The notes: generated by a model from the letters alone, not told the origin. Shown: positions 38,507 through 50,866, numbered from the stretch's first letter. The stretch: DNA of 64,000 bases from Octopus sinensis (GCF_006345805.1 NC_043007.1:2108001-2172000); one strand, 5' to 3'. Program-made: numbers and translations.

Positions 38507-39550
38507 GAGGGGCACCGGCGTCCACCGACCGATAACTCCTCGAAATCACTGTTTTTTTATTCAATTTTACTCCCCAAAAAATCACAAAAATTACAAAATT
38601 TTTCTTTATCTTCCTTTTTCTCATCCGAGCCCCTGCATAAGGTCCCTGCCACCTGCAGGAAAGCCTGCATCGGCTGGTCGAAGCCCGGAAAGAGAAAAGC
38701 AAATTCTTCTTTTCCAGTGGTCACCATAACCTCAAAAAGTTCTTCTTGTGTTATGACCTCCGCGTTGTCGGTCGAGAAGACTCTTCAAGAATCCCTCGAC
38801 AGGCCCTCCCTTGTGATAGAAAATTACGGGTTCTACCTCTTCCTCACGGGGAGGGGTCTCAGCCTGCTCTGTCAGTGGCACAATTTCCCCTGACGGAATC
38901 TTTTCTTCCGGTGGCACACATCTCACCGGCAGAATATTGGGGTCTGTCGGCGGCACCTTTTCTTTTTTCTTCTGCTCCAGGGCCTAACCTTGGCCCTGGG
39001 GGGCAGTTCTTTTTGATGTGGTCTGGTTCAGGCACAGGTGACACTTGGGGGGGGGGGCGACCCTTCAGAATCACCGGATACCTGGCCCCGGCCATTACAA
39101 AAAATCAGGGAATACTAGGTCTCCGGCCGACTGGGTCCAAAGGGTCAGAACTGCTTTTGGCCCTATCCAATCGGTCGCGGCCTCCACCCTGACACTGAGG
39201 AGCTTGGTTCCGCTACCGCCCAGACCTCTACGAATGGTCTGTTCGTAGAGAAACAAGCAACAAATTCACCGCCAAGAGTAAGCGAAAATGCCCCAGAGCA
39301 GGGCAGAATATACAGTAATAAAAATAAGACAATAATTCTACCAACCTCAGAAGAAACAAAATCGCTCACCCTGACCTAAACAGCTACACGTCTTCAATAA
39401 AGGCGGAAGAAAGGAAAATAATATTAAAAGAAATAAAAGGGAAAAACAACAGTTCACAAAGAGTAAATAAAAATATATAGTTCCAGGCAGAAAAAAAATT
39501 CAGGCCACAATGGTACTCCGGCCCTATTCGATCCCGGCTCCTTTACAGCT
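38507..39550 (-). mobile_element. Tx1/L1-like LINE 5' region and ORF1 remnant
   Basis: After repairing frameshifts: PDF.VMAGARYPVILKGRPP.KCHLC.EPDHIKKNCP, a CX2CX4HX4C knuckle. The region is a GC-rich island. Confidence 0.65.
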
Positions 39551-39760
39551 CTCAATTTGATGGTAAAATAAGGTTTTTTGCTTGTAACTAAGTAAAAAAA
39601 TTTTCAATCTTTTCTCCTAATGCATAATATATTTAGGAATACGTTACCGGATGCATCATTCACTTTTTAATATGGTAGCATGTGATATGAAGGGGATTTA
39701 GCTGTTAATTCTAGCACATCACTCCCAACTTGCATGTAATGATATTTTGATTGGTTCAAT

Positions 39761-39990
39761 AGGCGGCGAGCTGGCAGAAACGTTAGCATGCCGGGCGAAA
39801 TGCTTAGTGGTATTTCGTCTGCCGCTATGTTCTGAGTTCAAATTCCGCCGAGGTCGACTTTGCCTTTCATCCTTTCGGGATCGATTAAATAAGTACCAGT
39901 TATGCACTGGGGTCGATATAATCGACATAATCTGTTTGTCTGTCCTTGTTTGTCCCTACTGTGTTTAGCCCCTTGAGGGTAGTAAAGAAA
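39761..39990 (+). mobile_element. SINE A, full length, long tail
   Basis: aggcggcgagctggcagaaacgttagc...gtagtaaagaaata. Confidence 0.92.
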
Positions 39991-40044
39991 TAAATATAAT
40001 CTAATGTGTCCTTTTAGATTTCAAGACGTTTCATGGGAAGGCGC

Positions 40045-40240
40045 ATGGCCTAGTGGTTAAGATTAGAACTTGCGATCGCCAGATCGTGTGTTCGATTTCC
40101 AGACCGGGCAGCGTGATATGCTCTCTTGAAGAAACATTTAATTTTACGTTGCTCAGTGTTGTGTGGGGACCGGCAGACCAAAGAATAGACCCAACGTTTC
40201 CTGTGCGTGTCGTAAAAAAAATGGCGATTAAAAGAGGTTG
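40045..40240 (+). mobile_element. SINE family F
   Basis: tRNA-like head ggcgcatggcctagtggttaag...gttcgatttcc. Confidence 0.7.
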
Positions 40241-41397
40241 AGATAGGATTTGCACTGTGACCCCGTCAGTCCCTTATCAGCAACGACTAACCAAAAAGAA
40301 GCTCATGGGTTGGAAGCTTGCCGCCTGAGTAGTGCAAAGGTGTCATCCGTCAGAAATGCTAGGGAGTCACCAACAAATAGTGGACTCAGCGATGCTACTA
40401 CTACTACTACTACTGCTGCTGCTGCTGTTGTTGTTGTTGTTGTTAAGCAACAAGACGGGTAAGGTTGATTAGATGATGGTCTAGGGCTTAGGGGCGGGAG
40501 ACCCCAGACCTTGGAAAAAAAAAACTTTGGTCGTATTGTTGTAATCGAGGGTTCTTCGTTGACGCCCGACGCCACTGGGAGGTGGCCCTCGAAGTCGCTG
40601 GAAATGGAGATCTCCAGGTCCAAATTCTTGGACGGCTGCTGCTACTGCTGCTGCTGCTGCTGTTGCTCATGTGAAATTTGAGAGAGATTTAGCTGTTATT
40701 TCTAGCTGGTCAAACTACCCTGTAAAGACTTCCCCCGACTCGAGTTCATTATTTGTGTTCATTAGTCGTGTTCTGTTTGGATATGATTTTTAAAAAAAAT
40801 TAGACATGCACTGACTGATTGCATTTTCCTTGAGCTTTATTATCAATGAAATAGTTAATTAGTTAATAAATCGATTGATCGATTAATTAGTTTGCTAAAG
40901 TTCCTTCGTCATAGTGTGTGATCACATCAGTTACGACGTGGCCCTCATGCACTTCTTCCGTGCTAATGTCTATCTTAGTGTTTGTTTGTAGCTCGGGTTA
41001 GACTTCACCATCGATAAGGTCACAGGCTGTAATGAAACAACTTTGATGAATTAGTTTATTTATTAGCCAATCATCTAATTAATTGATAATAAAACGGAAA
41101 TAAATTACTACAAGCTCGTGCGCTTTATTAGCATCACGACTGTCCAAAAGTACAGTAATGTTGATAACAACATCAAAAGTACAAGAATATCTGTTTCAAA
41201 AGCCGAATTCAAACCAAGAATCTGGTTATAAAAAACGAAAAAGCTAAAGTGCTAAATAAATTTATCACCTCACATATTTGAATGTCTGCTGCAATTTTTA
41301 TATTAATATTTAGAATTATTTTCACATGAGTAAAATAATACCATTTTCTATCCAAGTCATACTTGGTAAATCACATTCAATATTAAGCGTTAAGACA

Positions 41398-41560
41398 AGG
41401 GCGGCAAGCTGGCAGAATCGTTAGCACGCCGGGCGAAATACTTAGCGGTATTTCGTCTGCCGTTACGTTGTGAGTTCAAATTCCGCTGAGGTCGACTTTG
41501 CCTTTCATCCTTTCGGGGTCGATAAATTAAGTACCAGTTACGCACTGGGGTCGATGTACT
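41398..41560 (+). mobile_element. SINE A, 3'-truncated
   Basis: Near-consensus head and core. Confidence 0.88.
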
Positions 41561-41872
41561 TAACCGCTTAGTAAATTATATGCTTTTTCTTCCATCCTTG
41601 TGTTTGTTTTCGTCATTGGACTGCGGCCATGGTAGGGCACGCCTTCAAGAGATTAGTCAGTGAACTGGAATCCTATTCAATATTCATACTATCAATCCCC
41701 ACCATATTTTTGAGTAAACTGCTAAGTTTCAGCGATGTAAACAAACCAACAACGATTGGCATGTAATAAGAGCTAAACACTAACACAAAAACATAGGCAG
41801 AAATGTACATGCGAACACACGCACACATATAAATTCATTAAGAAGGTATTGATTGATCCGGGATTATCATAT

Positions 41873-42035
41873 AGGCACAGGAGTGGCTGTGTGGTAAGTA
41901 GCTTACTTACTAACCACATGATTCTGGGTTCAGTCCCACTGCGTGGCACCTTGGGCAAGTGTCTTCTTCTATAGCCTCAGGCCGACCAAAGCCTTGTGAG
42001 TGGATTTGGTAGATGTAAACTGGAAGAAGCCCGTC

Positions 42036-42040
<5 letters not shown>
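41873..42040 (+). mobile_element. SINE B 5' module ending in (TA)n
   Basis: aggcacaggagtggctgtgtgg...gaagcccgtcgtatata. Confidence 0.88.
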
Positions 42041-42062
<22 letters not shown>

Positions 42063-42074
<12 letters not shown>

Positions 42075-42566
42075 TGTAGTTGTGTGAGTGTCTGTCCCCT
42101 TCGATTTAGATTCCTAACTACTCCCACATTTTGCGGTGCAGTTTAACCAAATTCGGGCATCTTATAGTCGTGATTCAAATCGTGCCCGTCTGGGTATTAG
42201 CGCGCGTCTACGATGAGTCTATGATTTTAAAAATAATTTAACATCATTTTTTATTCCATTTTAATGCATAATTTTTCGTGTGTCGATGGCGGCGGAGTTG
42301 GCGTCCATGGTCACACCTGCACCTGTTTGCTTCTCCCCCTTCTTCCCTCCCTCGTGAAGCTGTGGGGAAGGGAGTGTAAGGAAATCAACGTCGTAAAGCG
42401 TTGTCAAGGAGACCAGCGTTCTTTTAGAACAACGACTTCATGGCTTGAAGACACCAAAACAGAAATGGCTAAGAAATCCCGAATTGGCATCTATAAGGGA
42501 AGTAACTAAAAATGCTTATATAGTTATTTCCCTTACAAACCCGAGCAACGCCGGGTGATACTGCTA

Positions 42567-42567
<1 letters not shown>
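42063..42567 (+). mobile_element. Non-autonomous Helitron, about 500 bp, in (TA)n
   Basis: Its 5' 190 bp or so are homologous to 24040-24232; the 3' end is cccgagcaacgccggg...CTAG|T. Confidence 0.9.
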
Positions 42568-42624
<57 letters not shown>

Positions 42625-42628
<4 letters not shown>

Positions 42629-42810
42629 AGAGTTTACGAAAAAAACAAAAGACGAAGACAGGTGGTGTACAAAACAAACAGATGTATTAGTATAAGGCTC
42701 AGGAATACAAAAAGTCTTTTACGTTTCGAGCCTTCGCTCTTCCACAGAAGGGAACACAGAAAAAAACAAGGAGAGAAAAAAAATGTGTGTAGTGGCTAAC
42801 TATCTATCAT
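42625..42810 (-). mobile_element. Penelope-like terminal-repeat fragment in a TA context
   Basis: The minus strand reads CTGTGGA-A-GAGC-gaag-GCTC-GAAA-CGT-A, a hammerhead-like architecture. Confidence 0.45.
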
Positions 42811-43447
42811 ATATATGTATGTGTGTGTATCTGTGTTTGTCCCCCTCCAACATCGCTTGACAACTGATGCTGGTGTGTTTACATCTCTGTAACTTAGCGG
42901 TTCGGCAAAAGGAGACCAATAGAATAAGTACTAGGCTTACAAAGAATAAGTCCTGGGGGTCGATTTGATTCGACTAAAGGCGGTGCTCCAGAATGGCCGC
43001 AGTCAAATGACTGAAACAAGTAAAAGAGCAAGAGAATAAAAGAATGCCCTCCATCGTTTCGGCTAATTTAATGAGTTAAGTGAACCATCATTTAGTAAAC
43101 CCCTGTTAGTGGACAATGGAAGGCTTAGAACTAAGTGAAATTGGACGGAAGTAAACAAAATATCAGGAAATTTAAGTCTAGATTGTATGTAACTTACAAG
43201 CGGTTATTTTAAATAATAAATGGCATTGTTAGCCATATTACTTTGCAGAGAAAATTCAGTCTGAAGTTGTCGAAGTAATAAAGATGACCATCAAAATAAC
43301 ATGGATATTGCAAAACGTTCGGCACTTAAATGTCAGTTATCCATTTGAAAAGCGTTGTTAATAATGCAAATCGAGTAGATTTTGTACTTGACAAGCTGAA
43401 CTCACTTGCTGTTAGTAGACATAATGAAAACGTTTTGAAGAGTAAGG

Positions 43448-43483
<36 letters not shown>

Positions 43484-43629
43484 GGAGAGGGAGAGAGAGG
43501 GAGAGAGAGAGAGAAAGAGAGAGAGAGAGGGAGAGAGAGGGAGAGAGAGGGAGAGAGAGAATTTTATGCTCAAGCTTAATGATGTTTTAAGTGAAGCTGT
43601 TCCTCACATTTCTGAGTTCTATATTTCTC

Positions 43630-44040
43630 TTTCTCTCTTTCTCTTTTACTTGTTTCAGTCATTTGACTGCGGCCATGCTGGAGCACCGCCTTTAGTCGAG
43701 CAAATCGACCCCGAGACTTATTCTTTGTAAGCCCAGTACTTATTCTATCGGTCTCTTTTGCCGAACCGCTAAGTGACGGGGACGTAAACACACCAGCATC
43801 GGTTGTCAAGCAATGCTAGGGGGACAAACACAGACACACAAACACACACACACATACATATATATACATATATACGACAGGCTTCTTTCAGTTTCCGTCT
43901 ACCAAATCCACTCACAAGGCATTGGTCGGCCCGGGGCTATAGCAGAAGACACTTGCCCAAGATGCCACGCAGTGGGACTGAACCCGGAACCATGTGGTTG
44001 GTTAGCAAGCTACTTACCACACAGCCACTCCTGCGCCTAT
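43630..44040 (-). mobile_element. Young SINE B, full length
   Basis: Nearly identical to 49760-50160. Confidence 0.92.
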
Positions 44041-44625
44041 GTGTAGTTTATCAGAATCGTTTTGCAGCTTAACGTGAAAGGACCAGAATATTATGGTTTT
44101 AAGAATGCAAACATCGGCTTTTCGTTGTCAAGATGAAACTAAGTTATCTGTAAACAAGGATGACTATTCTTAATTAGTCTTCTGTTTTGCTGATTTTGAT
44201 TAAAATTCATTTGAAATTTGCTACTATTTATAAATGGTAGTCCTTAACTATTTAAACCGGTGTAAATTAACCAATTAGCACTGACTTTTTGGATTAAATT
44301 AAAATGAATGTTGCGAAATGAATATATTTCGCCATTTTAACTTTAACGTTCAGTACAATTTTTTTTATATAAATTTTCCAATACTGTTAGAAACTAGAAA
44401 TTTTGAAGGAATGAATTTAGTCCAGCAAAATATTCATAAAAATTGTAACTATTACAATTCTGAAGAAGTTTGATCATAGGATATAATGATTGTTGGTGTG
44501 CACTGTGAGTTTTGGCTTTAATTGCTGATTTTTATCTGCTGTAATGTTACTGTCACCTGCCTAGGTAAGTTGGATACAGGTAAGTTGGTACGTGCTAGTG
44601 TTTTCATAAATAATCACAAGATATA

Positions 44626-44851
44626 AGGCGGCGAGCTGGCAGAAACGTTAGCACGCCGGGCGAAATGCGTAGCCGTATTTGGTCTGCCGTCACGTTCTGA
44701 GTTCAAATTCCGCGGAGGTCGACTTTGCCTTTCATCCTTTCGGGGTCGACAAATAAAGTACCAGTTACGCACTGGGGTCGATGTAATCGGCTTAATCCGT
44801 TTGTCCTTGTTTGTCCCCTCTGTATTTAGCCCCTTGTGGGTAGTAAAGATA
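44626..44851 (+). mobile_element. SINE A, full length
   Basis: 15-bp TSD ataatcacaagatat at 44610 and 44855. Confidence 0.92.
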
Positions 44852-45263
44852 GATATAATCACAAGATATCGATTTCTGGCAATCAGTTTCCTGTCTTAGA
44901 AACGAATTTGTGTTCCAGTAAGCTCCGTAACCTGGGAGTTGTACAACTATTACAGAGAAAGCATTCTGAAATTTTGCTTCATCTCATTCATTGATGTAAT
45001 GAAGGGGCGCTCATCAAAACGCATGCGCTGTGGATGCGCATACTTTGGGATCTCCTCGTTCAAAAATTTCTTCAAGGAAAATTTGAAGAAAATACTCAAG
45101 AGGCTTTAATTGAAAAATTTTGTAAGGCCTACATCACTAACCAAAACATCCGTGTGATGATATGATCGAGTGATAATTCGACTCCTGTGAAAAATTGATA
45201 AACCCTGATATCACTTAAATATCTGGTGTGTGCAGATGAGACGGAAATACCACTCGAATTATT

Positions 45264-45673
45264 GAATCTTTTCGGTTTGAACGGCAGTTTTTAACATAAT
45301 TTCTAGGTAACTAAAAAATTTTAAACTTCGTATACTGGTAGAATGTGTTTATAAAACATCTTTTTCTCTTGGCTTTATTGAGAAAATTCTATAGTTTGTA
45401 AAATATTTGTTGTTTTTTTTCTTCAATCTCTGCAATTTCAACCAATCACTCACGTCTATTGAGGTAAAAAACATTCTGTGCCGTATGAATATGTCCCTCG
45501 TTTAAGTAACAGATTGGGTTTATTTACATTTGTGAAGAAAAAAAGATACCCTTCCCCCACCCCTAACCCTAAAAGAGATTGAAATGCAATAGATCGATAC
45601 TAGGGTCATAATTATGGGCGACAATTTCATATGACACTGCTGGAAAAAACTGCCGTTCAAACCGAAAAGATCC
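45264..45673. mobile_element. MITE with roughly 29-bp terminal inverted repeats and an 8-bp TSD (Merlin-like or hAT)
   Basis: G(A/G)ATCTTTTCGGTTTGAACGGCAGTTTTT at both ends; TSD GAATTATT at 45256-45263 and 45674-45681. Confidence 0.85.
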
Positions 45674-47183
45674 GAATTATTTTCTCCAAGTCCAAGCTCC
45701 CTTTCTCTAATTAAATCATTAATGAATGATAATAAATGAATCGTTTGTAAGTATCACCGTATGCTGTTTCACCGTTTGTGATATTAACCACCACCGTGTT
45801 TGGTTATGCGTTGAGAGATATGGGGAGATTTATGGAAATGTTCTTGGATTTATTGATATCAGGGAACATAAAAATGGTCAGATTATTTCTGATTTAGCTA
45901 TAAAGAATCTGGATACTCTAAGTTTTAAATATTCTGGCTGTCGTAGTAAGCAAAGTTAATAATGTACTGGAGTTCAGACGAAAGCCAGTGTTTGTGTGTG
46001 TGTGTTTGTGTGTGTGAGTGAGGGAGAGAAAGAGAGAGATAAAGAGAGAGAGAGAAAGAAAGAGAGAGAGAAAGAAAGAGTAGAGAGACTACTACAGTTG
46101 TTTTTATTTTCATTTTATGCTAATAAACTTAATAAAGTTAGAAGTCAAACTATTTCTAACATTTTTGACTGCAATATTGAATAGTATAAAATCTTTGCGC
46201 AACCCAATGAAGCGAAATTTCAGTTGCTGACTTTGTGGGGGGAAATGCTTACCAAAGCTTGATTCAATTCTATCGAAGAAACTGTTAAAGGGAATAAAGA
46301 TATAAAGAATCTTTTCGACATTCTGCAAAATCCAGAAATGGCTTGCTGATAAAAAAAAAAAAAATAAAATAACGCTGTATAAGGATTTTCAGCAGGCATA
46401 GAAAAAATCGACTTTATTTTTTGTTTTAATCGAAATAGCTTCGTATATTTTTTTTATTTACTGAACATGATCTTAAGGTATTGCAAACGAAATATAAGGA
46501 TATCGTTTTAGCTATATTATCGTTGAAAGAACTCTTTCCAAAATTGAAAAAAATGAGAAAAAGCTAAATTTGATGCCATCTGGAATTCGGTAAAAGAAAA
46601 CAAAAGGCTATCTTTCTCTTGAAAAGGAACGAATACTCAACTTTAAGAAGGTTCTAGTCAACTTTCTTCTGGACCCTCCGGATAATATTATTTCTGAATT
46701 AAAGACACAGAACTTACAGAGTCGTTAAAGCGTCGGTAAAAAATACTGTTCGGTGTTTATTCCGACTCCTTACATTTTCAGTTCAAATCCGTCGAAGTCA
46801 AGTTTGGATTGCATATCCCTGGGATAGAGAAAATAAAGTAACAGCCAAGACAAAAGTCAAGGTAACAACCAAGTTCTAAGGTTGGGGGATTCGACAAATC
46901 TCTCTTCACAATTGCTGGTCTTGAGCCAAAATAAGAAACAGTTATTACTGGAATAAAAAAGCAATTTAAATCCAGGAAAAATTTGGAATTGGTCGAGTCT
47001 TTTAGAGTTGGATTCAGATGTCTCATGAGCCGTAGAACAAATAAGATCGGAGCCAAATCCGGTTCCCGTAGCGTAGAAGTGGCTGAGATTACAACACATA
47101 CATACTCACAAATATACATCTGTACATACCTATATACATATTTTTCGTAAATATAAGTTTTCACCGTATATACTGACTGTAGA

Positions 47184-47311
47184 AAATAGTCTAATATTGG
47201 GGCATATAAACCCACGAAAGAAATTAAACGAGAAGTGTGGGTTCTTGTCCCTCGTGTACTAATACCCATTTTCTTCGTCATAGGTTTGTATGCCCCAATA
47301 TTAGACTATTT
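47184..47311. mobile_element. 128-bp foldback element, possibly a mariner-type mini-MITE
   Basis: 29-bp inverted repeat with 1 mismatch (47184-47212 and 47283-47311). Confidence 0.65.
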
Positions 47312-47671
47312 CCGTATCTTTTCTGTTTGCTTCACTTTTCTGAAATTTCAAAATTAAGTGAAAAGTTTCAAATTTGGTGTATTGGTGTAATTTCTCACGC
47401 TGAATCTCAGGCCGTTATTCACTTGCTCCAGAAATTTTAAAAAAAGTTACAGAAGTTTAAAGTTTGATAATTTTTAACCAGCTAAAAATCAGGATGTCGA
47501 AGCTGTCATTTTGTGCCTGTCTACAATGTGACGACGACAAAACATTCATGGTATCATTATGATGAAAAAACATGTTTTGAACATTTATTAAGCATTGAAT
47601 GCGAAAAATAACCCAAAATAAACAAACTTCACAACTTCAAAGTTTTTAATACACAATTATTGTGACAGGTA

Positions 47672-47830
47672 TCAGGCGTGGCTGCGTGGCAAAAGGCTTG
47701 CTTCCCAACCACATGGTTCCGGATTCAGTCCCACTGCATGGCACCTTGGGCAAGTGCCTTTTACTATAGCCCCGGACCGACCAAAGCCTTGTGACTGGAT
47801 TTGGTAGACGGAAACTGAAAGAAGCCCGTC

Positions 47831-47919
<89 letters not shown>

Positions 47920-48060
47920 TGTGTTTGTCCCCCGGCCATCGCTTGACAACCGATGCTGGTGTGTTTGTGTCCCAGTAACTTAGCGGTTCGGTAAAAGAGA
48001 CCGACAGAATAAGTATAGGCTTATAAAGAATAATTCATGGGGTCGATTTCTTCGACTAAA
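47672..48060 (+). mobile_element. SINE B with an expanded internal (TA)n(TG)n
   Basis: Full modular structure. Confidence 0.9.
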
Positions 48061-48067
48061 AAAAAAA

Positions 48068-48370
48068 CCAAGGCTAACGTGAAACTAATAAAAGAAACTA
48101 TTGAAGCAAGGAGATGGAAATGGCTGGGTCGAGTTTGTCGCTATAAACCGAACTCAGTCGTCAGGATCGCTTCGTAATGGGTTCCATAAGGTAAAAGAAG
48201 ACGTGGTCGACCGAAGGAAACACGGCGGGGAACAATAACGAAAGATCTTAAAAGCAAAGGGTTAACAATGGAACAAGCTGTCGAGGACGCTTTCCGTGTT
48301 AGAACGATCTTGTCACCTCAGGTACCACGAGGCACAATGAGAACCGAATGAATGATGAATGAATGAATGG
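48068..48370 (+). mobile_element. RTE-clade LINE 3' fragment with a (GAAT)n tail
   Basis: IEARRWKWLGRVCR...WVP*GKRRRGRPKET. Confidence 0.85.
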
Positions 48371-48508
48371 TTTGATGAGAAGATCAGCTGCGATGTTAAG
48401 GAAGCAAATTTTTTATAAGATGATAAGAATTAAGAGAATGCGGTGAATAAGTATCTGAGGAGATTCCACTCAATTATAATCTGCTTTCTCGTTATATAAT
48501 TACATCAT

Positions 48509-48825
48509 CACGTGATCACGTGGTCACGTGACCGACCAGACCATCAGATGTTGCTACACATCGCTGGTCACAATGCGTTCGCATCGTTTTAGCCTTCGAA
48601 TGACGCCACCCTGCTGGCTAAGCGGGCAGGCCAACAGAAGAAAGAGTGAGAGAAAGAGTGGCGAAAGAGTACAGCAGGGATCGCCACCACCCCCTGCCGG
48701 AGCCTCGTGGAGCTTTTAGGGGTTTTCGCTCAATAAACATACACAACGCCCGGTCTGGGAATCGAAACCGCGATCCTACGACTGCGAGTCCGCTGCCTTA
48801 ACCACTGGGCCATTGCGCCTCCACG
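48509..48825 (-). mobile_element. SINE D, tail type 2
   Basis: tRNA-like head GGCGCAATGGCCCAGTGGTTAAGGCAGCGG...GGTTTCGATTCCC; 12-bp TSD taattacatcat at 48497 and 48826. Confidence 0.9.
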
Positions 48826-49367
48826 TAATTACATCATGTTGGGTGTTAATTGCAAACAGTTTTACAGTAATGTAGAATGTGTATATATGGTAACAAAATA
48901 TAAACTTTGTATGTTGTGGATCATAAGATATTTGACCTTAGGTCCGTTCTAATCAAGCAGAGCTATGATCAAAAGTCATTACAGCTGTAAACAACACATA
49001 TTTTCTAGCGAAAGCGTTAAATGAAAGAAAAAAAACAACAACAAAAAGAAAACAAACTGTAGTTCAGTTCATGAATACATAAAAATCGAGAGTTACACAG
49101 GAGAATTCCACACTAGAAAGCACCCCTGGTTGTTACTATGGAAACAGGTATCTATATGTCTGTGGCTTTCGATTGGCTAAAATTACTCAAAATGTGCCAA
49201 CTTCAAAAGCGATTAACTATTTATTTATTTAGTTATCCCGAAAATGAATTGTATTCAATAATTAGCATACAAAAATACACCAATACACCAAATTTGAAAT
49301 CAATTGGAACGAAATTGCAGAAATTGAAAAGTGAAAGCCAACTAGAAAAGATCACTATTTTCTACAG

Positions 49368-49554
49368 CAGTGCTCCGCAACCGGTATTCCACGGCACACT
49401 GGTGTGCCACGAGACGATGCTAGATGTGCCGCAGTGTAACCTGAATATAATTTCCACACCCACACTTTTAGTTATATTTTTAGTTTAGGCATGTCGCCAA
49501 ATTTTGAGAAGAATATAAGGGTGCTCCAAGTAAAAAAAAGGTCGCGGAGCACCG
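49368..49554. mobile_element. hAT (Charlie-like) MITE
   Basis: 15-bp terminal inverted repeats cagtgctccgcaacc and ggtcgcggagcaccg; flanks ttctacag and ttctgtgg form a decayed 8-bp TSD. Confidence 0.75.
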
Positions 49555-49699
49555 TTCTGTGGTCAATATCTGAGAAGGCCAATATAAAAGACAGTGCCCT
49601 GTGGAACATCGCTTACTATTTGTGTTTTCTTTGAGGTGGCTTCATTGGCCACTACTGCCTGACTTCTATCTTTCAGAAAGTCATATAAACACTCTCCAA

Positions 49700-49739
<40 letters not shown>

Positions 49740-49759
49740 TATATATATATAATATTATA

Positions 49760-49957
49760 CTCTTTACTCTTTTACTTGTTTCAGTCATTTGACTGCGGCC
49801 ATGCTGGAGCACCGCCTTTAGTCGAGCAAATCGACCCCGGGACTTATTCTTTGTAAGTCCAGTACTTACTCTATCGGTCTCTTTTGCCGAACCGCTAAGT
49901 GATGGGGACACAAACACACCAGCATCGGTTGTCAAGCAATGCTAGGGGGACACACAA

Positions 49958-49988
<31 letters not shown>

Positions 49989-50160
49989 CATATATACGAC
50001 AGGCTTCTTTCAGTTTCCGTCTACCAAATCCACTCACAAGGCATCGGTCGGCCCGGGGCTATAGCAGAAGACACTTGCCCAAGATGCCACGCAGTGGGAC
50101 TGAACCCGGAACCATGTGGTTGGTTAGCAAGCTACTTACCACACAGCCACTCCTGCGCAT
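49760..50160 (-). mobile_element. Young SINE B, full length
   Basis: Shares diagnostic variants with 43630-44040. Confidence 0.92.
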
Positions 50161-50174
50161 ATACATACATATAT

Positions 50175-50242
<68 letters not shown>

Positions 50243-50257
50243 TATATATGTGTGTGT

Positions 50258-50289
<32 letters not shown>

Positions 50290-50629
50290 AATATAAATCT
50301 TCAGAGTAATATAATGTCGCGAGGTAAGTAATTGCCTTGTAACGTTGACAATCTTACAATATAATTATAGTCTCTAAAATGCACTTCGTAGTTTTGTTCC
50401 CGGAATTCCTTCAATAAAACCCACCATTTATATTTCTATCTCCGCCCAGCATTTTTAATGGTTATATGATTCATTTTGCGCACAATACCATCATTTCTTT
50501 TGTAATTCGAATCGGTTAATCAATAGTTTACTGTATTTCTAACCGTGAAACTCACAAGAAACTCTTTAGGCCATTCGGCCGAAATACGTTCCACATCATA
50601 TTGCACACATGTATTTAGTTTTTCGTTCG

Positions 50630-50833
50630 TATATTGTGTTATTTGCTTCAATCATTTGACTGCAGCCATGCTGGAGCATAGCTTTTAGTCGAACAAATCG
50701 ACCCCAGGACTTATTCTTTATAAGCCTAGTACTTATTCTATCGGTCTCTTTTGCCGGATCGTTAAATTACGGGGACATAAACACACCAGCATCGGTTGTG
50801 AAGCGACGGTTGGTGACAAAAATCGACACAAAG

Positions 50834-50866
<33 letters not shown>

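Noticed and set aside
45560-45572. CCCTAACCCTAA telomere-type repeat
   Set aside because: Only two units, and they lie inside a MITE.
46778-47281. 167-aa minus-strand ORF
   Set aside because: It runs across a SINE A fragment, a microsatellite and a foldback element, with no recognisable domain.
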